From contig NC_092390.1 of assembly GCF_030028105.1 (NCBI RefSeq), positions 18,016,072-18,080,071 of the forward strand: a stretch of 64,000 nt of DNA. The letters are read 5' to 3'. Below are positions 49,701 through 60,000 of the stretch, piece by piece. The notes below the pieces were generated by a model. That model was not told the origin of the DNA, ran no database searches, and saw only the letters and a program-made list of their open reading frames with translations. The DNA comes from Mobula birostris. Lineage: Eukaryota. Made by a program: the position numbers and the translations under genes. Every line of letters starts with the position of its first letter. Within the stretch, counting starts at the first letter, position 1.

Positions 49701-51017
49701 GGACCATAGGAGTGTTCGACCGCAAGAGGCGAATCGGCCCCTCATCCTCTGACTCATTCCCTGCCACGAGCCCGCACCCCATACACCTATACACAAGATT
49801 CACTTCCTATCACCCTACATTTCCAAAGCTGTTGCGTTCTTTTTTTGAACTTCTAATTTTCGGCGGTTCAGGTCAGATTCAAACTTCTTCAGGAGCTTGT
49901 GGATCCTAGACCGAAGGATGTTAACGGAAACCGCCCCGGTCACCAGGCGGAGAAGGGGGTGGGGGGAGTGCAGCTCCTTCATTCCGGGACCATGACAGTC
50001 AGCAGGAGGGAGTCGGTAATCAACTGGCACACGCCGACTTCTCACTCGCCCGAGGTTCAGCTTATTAAATGGCCCAGGAGGCTCGAGGGGGCGAGTGGCC
50101 TTCTCCTAACATGAATAAATTAACAAGGAAGGGGACGCAGCATGGCCAGATCCGTGCCCCCGGCCTATGGGGCAATCCCCCGTCCCGCTGCGATCACGTG
50201 GCCGCACTGCCACCCCACCAGTCCACGGCCAATCCTCTTTTTCACTTTTAGCCCTTTATTAGTTACATTAATAAATGAATACACAACTACATGGTATAAT
50301 CTGACATCAGACATAAAAATGGATCTCCTGAGGCATTGCTCTGAGATGGGACTACCCCGATAAGACCAGAGATCCGAACAGACAGATAAAACTTGCCGAG
50401 CTATTTATATAATTATTGGTTGCAGAGGACTGTTCCACTGTCTCGGAAACTTATGTCCGCTGTGCCCGTCACGGGTGAGGCTATGCAGCATCCACACCAG
50501 GACCGGCAGACTCAGAACCGGTTACTTTCCCCAAGCAGTAAGGCTGATCAACACCTCCACCCCCTCCACACACCCAACCACCACTACTTGATTTTTTGCT
50601 GCCAGTCGCTTTTTGTACAGACAATCCTGTGCCTAGCGTCATGGACATACAATCATCTATGAATATAAGCTATCTTATATATTTATATTTATTGTGCTTT
50701 TTTTTTAAAAAAAAGTGCTGCATCAGATGCGGAGAATTTCGTTCTCCCTTACACTTGTGAACTAGAAATGACATTAAGCAATCTTGAATACACTACATCT
50801 CCCCTTCACTCTTGAAGCCGGCGGTAATATTTTCACCCGTCGGTGTCAAATTAGGTTTGCAGTTATGTTTTGAAATAACTGAGGTGATTAATTATTTGTG
50901 ATGTTTCGGTTTAATTACAAATCGGACCTGAAATCAATAGATGGATTTGTTTTGTAGAACACCCTGATGACTGGAGGAAGAGAGCTTCACACAGTCCACC
51001 TTTGAACTGATGTTCAC

Positions 51018-51038
51018 CCATAGGGGCCGCTGTTCTGC
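51018..51038 (-). CDS. Candidate 21-nt symmetric microexon of the GGH-like gene (R-QNSGPY-G)
   Basis: Strong pyrimidine tract and acceptor (ttccctcttcctttgttgttgacgttctaaactctag|), weak donor gg|gtgaac; phase 2 at both ends, compatible with the flanking exons. Confidence 0.35.
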
Positions 51039-51448
51039 CTAGAGTTTAGAACGTCAACAACAAAGGAAGAGGGAACACTCCGAAACGTCGACTGTTTACT
51101 CTTTTCCATACATTCTGCCTGACCTGCTGAGTTCCTCCAGCGTTTTGTGTGTATTGCTTTGCATTTCCAGCATCTGCAGATTTGAAAGGAAGGGGGACCC
51201 CAACATGCCACCCACAGTTTTCAGCCATCAAGCACACAGCAACTGTCTGGGCAGCGGCAAAAAAACCAAGGCGTTTTCTCAAAGGACAAATGGTGCTGCC
51301 CAAGGTGGTTTTTCATGGTTCACTTACCATCAGCTTCCCTGACAATCATCACTAAGCGTTTGTGAAATGCAGATGGACCTGTTTCTATATATAAGCACCA
51401 ATCTGGCGCGCCAGAACTACGCACCCACAAATATGAACACAGACATCC

Positions 51449-51990
51449 TGTCACGGTCCGGTCCGATATCCGCATTCAGGTTCACGGTCCGGTCCGTGGA
51501 CTCCGGACTCCGGGTCTTTCGGGTGTCCCTGGTTTTGGTTGAACTTAACCATGAGCACCTGATGCTCATCTTGGAGCTGGGAATATAAGTGGCCCTGGGA
51601 TCGACTGTGGTGGCTGGGTTGTCTAGGCAGTCTTCCCTTGGAGCAACCCACTGGTGGAAGGCTAGTGAAATCACTGGGATATGGATTTCGCTGTTCTGTA
51701 GCCCGCCGAGGTTACCGGCCGCCTCCAGTCTTGGAGCCACCCCTGAACTAGCTCTCTTCCTGTCCCTTGCCTCCGTCGGGTAAGCCAGGCCGATTGCCGT
51801 TACCCTGCAGTTGGTTCTGTCCCTTCCTGTCCCTTGCCTCTGTCGGGTAAGCCAGGCCATTTGCTGTTACCCTGCGGTTGGGTCTGTCCCTCCTTGTCCT
51901 TGCCTCCGTGGGGAGGAGTCCCGCATCCTGCCCAAGAGTTGCCTCGTAGTGCCCTTGCCCCGTTATGCCCTCGTCTAGCCTCGAAAACCC
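51449..51990 (+). mobile_element. Probable truncated solo LTR containing about 61-bp tandem repeats
   Basis: Starts TGTCAC, has a TATA-like aatataag, and carries about 2.5 copies of cttcctgtcccttgcctc(c/t)gtcgggtaagccaggcc...; no 3' CA end identified. Confidence 0.5.
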
Positions 51991-53647
51991 CAAGCCTCGT
52001 CTATTTTTGATATTTTTCCCCTTTGAAGGTTATTTTGAAGATACTGGCCTGGAGTTACACTCTGCCTTTGATTCTTTACGGGAATGGGACCCGCTTTCAG
52101 AGACTCAAGACCGACCACTTTTTGATATCCCAAGGACGTGGCCTGGAAGACTAGCGCGCCCTCAGGGTGCCGGATTTTCGTGGCTCTGGAGATGGGCTGA
52201 TGCAAGGCTAGTGCCCCCGACAGAGGTGTCGCAGGAGAACACGGAAGATCGGAAGCAGCGAGCTAGCTGCCGTGGGCAGAGACATGAGTTTTTTTGGGCA
52301 CAGAGCTCGGAAAAAGCGATGCAACAGATTTTAACACCAGTAATCAGCGAGCTGTTTGTTATGTCTCCCCTCTCGCTGTGAAACGGGGGCACCTGTTTTT
52401 TCCTTATTAGGGAGAGAGAGCCTGTGGTATGTCGAATTACTGAGTGAACGAGTAGTCTTTGGGGTACTGAAGGTATATGTCCTCATTGATGCTCGGTGGA
52501 GCGCGCTAATGCTTTTGAGGGTGGGGTGGGGAGGGAGGAGCTGGGGGAGGGCCTTGAGGTTCTAACGTTTAACTATCATTCATTCTTTAGGGCACTCCTG
52601 TTTTCGAAGAAAAAATAATTTCAGGGTGTATATTGTATGCATTTCTCTGACATCAAATGTTCCTATTGAACCCTATTGAAAACAGTCAATACCCCGGGGC
52701 GCCCATCGCCCCCGGAAGGTCCTCACTGTACCCATCACGACCGCGTTACTCCTTCTCCAAGGACAGCCGGGCATGAACGTACCCTCGGAAAGGAGGCAGT
52801 CGGCCGTCTCGGGCAGCGCCCCCCACTTCCCGCCGCCTAGACCCGTGAATGGCCATCCTGGCCGGGCCCAGGACCAAGCCCACCAGGAGAACCTCCTCAC
52901 GCCCGCCCCTTCCGAGCTCTATATGAGGAGCGCGGGACTGAAGCGCAGCCAGAACCTCAGCCGCAGCTCCCTGAGAAACTCAGAAAGGGGCAGCAACCTC
53001 TCGTATTCCGTGTACCCATGGTACATTGACACCCCCACCTCGCTCCACTCTGGCCCCCTCTCAACTCCAGATCCCTCTCCACCCCTACCTCCTCACCCCT
53101 GACGTACCTCCAAACCTCACCCCTGACCGCTCCCCACCCCCACCTCTCTCCACTCTGATCCTCTCCTAACATTGACCCCTCTCCACGACCACGCGTCACA
53201 CATGACCCATCTCCAGACCGGACTCGCTTCCAACGCCTCAGTTTTCTTCACCCCCTCCTCTCTCTCCATTTGACCCCCTCCCCTACTTCACCCGATTTCC
53301 TCATCCCTAACCCTTGTGCCCACACCTCACCTCTCCCCGCCCCGACGTTCTCGCAACTCCTGAGCCCTTTGAACTCGGACATCCTCCCAAACTCTGATCC
53401 TTTTCAATCTCGACCTCTCCATTCCTGTCCATCTCCCCACTTCTGAGCGAACTTTGCCCGCAGGTTAACCCTCCCTATCGCCCCTCCCACCTACCACAGA
53501 TCAGTCGGCCGGAGGTACTGAACTGTCCAATCTCCCCCTCTCACTGAACAGTGTCTCCCAACCCTCGACAACGACCCCGTTCCCCACGCAGCCCGTCAGC
53601 ACCCGTTGCAGTGGGTATAGGTCACCGGCACCGTAACAGCCTCTCAC

Positions 53648-53664
53648 CTGGTTTGTCTGTTCAT
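53648..53664 (-). CDS. Probable first coding exon of the GGH-like gene (MNRQT-R)
   Basis: gcggccATGaacagacaaaccag|gtgaga: good Kozak, strong donor, and phase 2 matching the 49134 acceptor. There is an in-frame stop upstream. The spliced CDS is 888 nt (909 nt with the microexon), both multiples of 3. Confidence 0.6.
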
Positions 53665-54139
53665 GGCCGCGGTTCCTTCGTGGCAGCACCCGCTCCGATC
53701 AATGGTCTGGGCACAGGCTAATAGCAGCTTAAAAACCTCCCAAACCGGGACACTCCGTGTTACACAACCGCCCGAGGAAACCCCAGCGAAACATTTTAAC
53801 CCTTACTGCGCCCGTTCACTGGACTCCGAGACGTTGCGTGAGGTTATGACGGAAAAGCCACTTCAAATGAATGTGGTAAATTCAGTTCTTATAAGCACCC
53901 TGACATATCTTCCCTCAGGCGGTTATCACATTCTAAAATTAGCAAAGAGGCTGATTACAAAAAAGAGAAAATTGGCAGATGATTGCAATCCAAAACAAGG
54001 ACACACGGGAAATGCTGGAGGAACTCAACAGAGCGGGCAGGACCTGTAGAACAGAGCCAACAGTCGACTTTTCAGGCTGAGACCTTGTTTCGTCCATCGA
54101 ATCTACGCAGGGTCGTTAAACAGAGATACAGTATCTAAG

Positions 54140-54750
54140 GAAGTAGCAAGCTGGCTGGACAAAGGAGAGGCAGTGGATATTATTTACTTGGATTTTCAGA
54201 AGGCATTTGATAAGATACCACACATGAGGCTGCTTAACCAGATAAAATCCTATGGTGTTACAGGAAAGATACTAGTATGCACAGAGGAATGGCAGATAGG
54301 CAGGAGTGGGAATAAAGGTGGTGGTGGGCGGGGGGAGGGCTTTTCTGGTTGGTTGCCAGTGACTAGTGGTGTTCCTCAAGGGTCTGTATTCGGAGGCTAC
54401 TTTTTACATTGTCAGTGATTTGGATAATGGAGCTGATGGCTTTGAGGTAAAGTTTGCAGGTGATATGAAGATAGGTGGAGGGGTAGGTAGTGCTGAGGAA
54501 GTGGTGCGATTGAAGCAGGACTTAGACAAATTGGAAGAATGGACAATAAAGTGGCAGATGGAATACAGTGCCACAGACTGCGGTGGAGGCCAGCTCCGTG
54601 GATATCGTTAAGGTGGAAGTTGATAGTTTCCTGATCGGTCAGGGCATCAAAGGATATGCCGAGAAGGCAGATGAATGGGTTTGAGTGGCATCAGGGATCA
54701 GCCATGATGGAATGGGCTGAATGGCCTAATTCTGCTCCTATGTCTTTTGG
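54140..54750 (+). mobile_element. CR1 RT fragment with an internal deletion
   Basis: VDIIYLDFQKAFDKIPH...VTSGVPQGSV, KFAGDMKIGG. Confidence 0.88.
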
Positions 54751-54859
54751 TGTGATTCGCCTCACTCCCTTGCTCTCCGTATATTATTCCATCAAGTCGG
54801 ACTGAATGCTTTGCACCTGGCCCATTGCTTTTCAGGCCACTGCATCCAAGATATTGTAA

Positions 54860-55080
54860 CAACACCAGCACACCGTTACAAAGTGCGACAGCCCAGCACA
54901 CCATTACTGAGTGTGAGAGGCTGTTCACTATCAGAGTGTGACAGACTGTTCACTATCACAGAGTGTGACATACCAGCACACTGTTATTGAGAGTGACAGA
55001 CTGTTCACTATTACAAAGTGTGATATACCAGCACACTGTTACTGAGTGTGACTGACTGTTCACTATTACAGAGTGTGACA
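54860..55080. repeat. Short tandem repeat with about 54-bp units
   Basis: cagcacactgttactgagtgtgac(a/t)gactgttcactat(c/t)acagagtgtgaca repeated about 4 times. Confidence 0.85.
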
Positions 55081-55569
55081 GGGGCCGTCTCCCCTAACAT
55101 TCCACACATCTGGGATGGGCCGGGGGCTTTCACCCCGCAGATGCAGGGTTCAATAGAAATTTAAAACGCACAGTGAGAGAGAAGCCGTGCAAGTGTTGGG
55201 TGTGACTAGAAGTTAATATGCCAGCTCAGTTGTGTTGTGACGTCTGCTGCCAGAGTCTTGGCTGTCTCGATGTCTCAAGATCTGAAACAGTTGCTCACGC
55301 ATTTGGAAATAACGCACATCCACTTCCCGAGAAAAGTAAATTAATCTCTCTCCCTCCCACAACAAAACAAGACAACAGCAAAGCAAGCTCCTTGCCCCCT
55401 CTCCAACCTACCCACTCTAACACACAGGGTCGCAGTCAGCCGAACGTTGCCGCACAGCCTATCGATTGTGTAAAAATTCTTCCTGAAAAAAATTATTTGG
55501 ACGAGAAATCCATCACAGTGGTCAGTTCAGAATGGCCTTCAGACACCATGAGTCAGGGATTCGATGGAA

Positions 55570-56312
55570 ACTGAGGTTTCCTGAGGAGTCACTGAGATGG
55601 AAAATCTAGTCAGGTGGAAGAAGGCAGCATACATGAGGTTTAGGAAGCAAGAATCAGATGGGTCTATTGAGGAATTTAGGGTAGCAAGAAAGGAGCTTAA
55701 GAAGAGGCTGAGGAAAGCAAGAAGGGAGCATGAGAAGGCCTTGGCGAGTAGGGTGTTAGCTTTCATAAGTCGAGGGATAGAGTTTAAGAGTCGCGAGGTA
55801 CTGATGCAGCTCTATAAAACTTAGGTTAGGCCACACTTGGAGTACTGTGTCCAGTTCTGGTCGCTTCACTTTAGGAAGGATGTGGAAGCATAGGAAAGGG
55901 TACAGAGGAGATCTAACAGGATGCTGCCTGGTTTAGAGAGTATGCATTATGATCAGAGATTAAGGGAGCTAGGGATTTACTCTTTGGAGAGAAGGAGGAT
56001 GAGAGGAGACATGTTAGAGGTATACAAGATATTAAGAGGAATAGATATGGTGGACAGCCAGCGCCTCTTCCCCAGGGTACCACTGCTTAATACAAGAGGA
56101 TATGGCTTTAAGGAAAGGGGTAAGAAGTTCAAGGGGGATATTAGAGGAAGGTTTTTTTACTCAGAGAGTGGTTGGTGCGTGGAATACACTGCCTGAGTTA
56201 GTGGTGGAGGCAGATACACTAGTGAAATTTAAGAGACTGCTAGACAGGTATATGGAGGAATTTAAGGTGGGGGGTTATATGGGAGGCAGGGTTTAAAGGT
56301 CGGCACAACATT
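55570..56312 (+). mobile_element. Internally deleted CR1 (endonuclease-RT linker fused directly to the C-terminal region)
   Basis: ...RKARREHEKALASR joined to VLAFISRGIEFKSREV...HLEYCVQFWS; the RT core is missing. Confidence 0.85.
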
Positions 56313-56314
56313 AT

Positions 56315-56597
56315 CAGACTTCACCAACGAGCACCAGGACCTCATTTGCTGAAGGTGAGAGAAGTCCCAGCCAGAGCCTTCGTGTGCTGTTGAAATCTCA
56401 CTCTCAACTCTAAGGATGGCCGCTGCGGGGAGGAGACGGTCACCCACCTCTCTGCAGACTGTGGACCTGCTGAGAGGTGGGTGACCGTCTCCTCCCCGCA
56501 GCGGCCATCCTTGGAAGGATGAACAAGTCCTTGTCTCAGTTCATCCCGAGCAGGGAGCTCCGTGACTATACCCTGTTCCCACGGACGGACAGGGGAC

Positions 56598-56635
<38 letters not shown>

Positions 56636-56850
56636 ATAACTGGCCGGAAGATTACCAACTCAATGACAGATACCCATCGGTCTGCCCAAAACTTGGTCTT
56701 CCAGTTCCGGCTGCAGAAGGACATGCGGACGGATGAACTAAAGTACAGTATACTGAAGCCAATGTGGAGGCTTTGTGGGGAATGACCACTAGGCTTGGTG
56801 GGAGGTTCCCTCAAATAACCAAGGGTCACCCCACGAGGCTACATTAAGTG
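56315..56850 (+). mobile_element. Tx1-like 3' fragment containing a 41-bp inverted duplication and a (CA)n tract
   Basis: DGRCGEETVTHLSADCG zinc-knuckle remnant; homologous to 21830-21890. Confidence 0.65.
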
Positions 56851-57004
56851 GCAGTGGTGCTACATACACAAACATTTACTCACTACTAATATACCGAACT
56901 GACATTGAATGTACAGACTGAACAACACCACAAACCTAAAGAGCCATACACTGCGTTTTTTCTGTCGTACTTGAATACAGATTTTATTATGTATAAAATT
57001 TACT

Positions 57005-60000
57005 GGACTTCCGGGGTCGGGTATGGAGTGAGTCGGTGCGTGTGAGTGTGGCTCCCGATTTTTATTGAAAATCTACCTGTTTATCTTTGCCGTATGCTCG
57101 AGATAACTGAATATTTACCATTGTGAACAACGCGGGACATAGCTGGACATTGAAATGGCCAGTAGAATGTACCTTCGGAGTAAAACTGGGGAAAAAGATA
57201 GCGAAGCCTGAAGCAAGAAGGCGGATGTTACAGTAATGGCGCCGTTGCACGCTGCTGGACCTGGACCCGGCCGTGCGCTACCCGATGATTTGGAGAGGCT
57301 TCGTTTAGTACTTATTACTGACATGACGCAAGCGGTGCATTCTGCCTTAAAAAGAGAAGTTGAAGATGCTTTATCACCAGTGAATGCTACCATGGAACAA
57401 ATTATGTCTGCTTACGAGTCACACGACCAACGCATTCGTGGGGTTGAAGACGGCCTGAATGATTACAGTGACCGACTGGTGAGCGCCGAAGCCGCCATTG
57501 CAGCGTTGCAGAGCGAAAACGCGTTTCTGAAGGGAAAGCTAGATGACCACGAAAATCGGTCGCGGAGATCCAATTTGAGAGTGGTCGGCATTCCTGAAAA
57601 TTTGGAAGGTTCGGACCCTGTTAAATTTATGACCGAGTTTTTTGACGAAGTGCTGAGGATAATTTTCGCGTGCTCACCGAGTCGGACGTAAACCATCCGG
57701 TGTCGCTGGAGCCAAGCAAACGAGACCAAGAATGTTCCTGGTTTGCTTTCTCTCCTTTCAAGATAAGCAACGCATCATCAACAGACGGAAGCAGGAGCTG
57801 TATTTCCGCGGACACCGCGTGTTTTTTTATGAAGATTTTAGTGCGGAGCTGGGTAAAAAACGAGCAGCTTTCAAGGAGGTGAAATCCCTGCTTTACGGGA
57901 AAGGGGTCCGGGTCGTGCATGACGGTAAAAAACATTATTTCCATACACCAGAGGCGGCCAAAGAGTTTTACCATTCGCGCTGGGGAGAAGAAGAACGAGA
58001 AGAGCAATGACTTTTTTTTAGGTTATTCATGCAGCATGGAAGGGGCCTCATGCCGAGGCAAATTGTTAATTTTCACAATCCACTTCTCTGTTCATTTTTT
58101 CCAGTTTAATTTGTGGAACGCGATCGGGTCAAACTGCTATGCTGCCGAAACTGATTAACAAAAACTTTCAACCAGCAAAATGTAAATATTTGGGATCTGT
58201 ATCTCGGTGTTTAAGTTGCCCAGTGTGTTTTGTTTTGTTTTTAATGCTTAGCTTGACCTGTGTCATCTTTAGCCTATATGTTATATTAAAGGTAGTATAA
58301 GTGATAGGATAAATGTTAAGGAGGGGAGCCACCCTCGATTAGATTGAAAGTTGGGTTGTATGGGGAACGCCTTGGAAGTTTTTTGTTGGGTACTGCCTGC
58401 GATCATCCTCAATTGGGGAGGTAGATCTAGGTTTCGGGGTTTAATTGGGTTGTTTTGTTTGCGTAAAGGGGTGGGGGGAGTGTTTTGGGGGATTACCATG
58501 GCTGTTTATTCTTTTGTGTGTTACGGATTGATCAGACTTTCTTTTCATTGTGCGTTATTATGTGCAACTTACGCCCTCGCACTGTTTTGGATTGTAGGCC
58601 CTGTGTGCCTTTTGATATGGTTAACGTGAGTGCTGCTGATGGAGGCCACCCTGTGAGGTTTATTTCTTGGAATGTAAAGGGGCTCAATGGTCCGGTTAAT
58701 AGAGCTAAAGTTTTCTCTCATCTGAAACAATTAAAAGCAGATATACTATTTCTACAAGAGACACATTTAAGAGTGGAGGACCATAATAGACTTCGTAAAG
58801 CATGGATTAGTCAGGTTTTTCATTCCAGATTTAATAGTAGGTCCAGGGGGGTGGCAATATTAATCACCAAAAGAATGCAGTTCACACCATCTGATGTAAT
58901 CAGTGACTCTAATGGTTGCTTTATTATAGTCTCTGGCTCTCTCTTTCAAATACCTGTTATTTTGGTAAATGTTTATGCTCCTAATTGGGACGAAGTCCAA
59001 TTTGCAAATAAGGTTTTGTCATTAATACCTAACCTGAATACACATAAGCTAATCTTTTCCGGAGATTTGAACTGTGCTATTGACCCACTGCTTGATAGGT
59101 CTTGCCCTAGGGGAACATTTTCTGGTATGGCAAAGGCCTTCTCGATGTTTATGCTACAAAATGGTTATATGGATCCTTGGAGATTTTTGAATCCATCAGT
59201 TAGGCAATTCTCTTTCTTCTCTCATGTTCACCGCTCCTATTCCAGGCTAGACTATTTCTTTATAGATAACTCCTTGATACCTATGATTAGACAAATTGAA
59301 TACACTGCTATAGTTATATCTGATCACTCGCCCGTGAAACTGGACCTATGTTTTCCTTTAAACGTTAGAGAACGGCCTCTGTGGAGACATAACCCCCTTT
59401 TGCTTTCTAATGAGAAATTTTGTAGTTATATATCGGCTAACATTGACACATTCTTCGAGACTAACAAAACTGAGTCGGTATCGTACTCTTTACTTTGGGA
59501 AACTTTAAAAATTTACTTGAGGAGTCAAATAATATCTTATACTTCACATGCCAATAAAGAGTGTAGGAAGGAAATGCAAGTGTTATTGCAATCTATTTGG
59601 GACCTGGATAGAAAATACTCTAAGGCACCCACTGTGGAATTATATAAAAACCGGGTTGATTTGCAAGCGAAGTTTAATCTTCTATCTACAAACCTATCAG
59701 AACAATTAATTCTTAAGACACGTGGCCTCTATTATGAATATGGTGACAAGGCGAGCCAGCTTATGGCTCATCAGTTGAAACGTCAAGCTGCATCACGACT
59801 TATTCCCCAGATAAGAGACATGCACCAGAACTTGACAAGCAATCCAAAAGAGATTAATAACATCTTTGCAACTTTTTATTCCTCTCTGTATGCCTCAGAG
59901 TTCCCCTCAGATAAAACAAATATGGAATGTTTTTTAGATAATTTTGAAATACCAACTCTTGAACCAGAGGAAGTGGAGAACCTAGATCGGGCTCTTGGGC

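Noticed and set aside
52680-53040. Hydrophobic minus-strand reading (LRFWLRFSPALLI) as the missing GGH signal-peptide exon
   Set aside because: It resembles the C-terminus of Tx1/L1-type ORF2, is homologous to the remnant at 49280-49700, contains a stop, and has no suitable donor.
53665-53800. Upstream ATG (MFRWGFLGRLC...) or the in-frame stretch VWEVFKLLLACAQ as a GGH leader
   Set aside because: The ATG is out of frame and ends at TAA; the in-frame stretch has no ATG before an upstream stop and is only weakly hydrophobic. It would matter only if an unseen upstream exon splices in.
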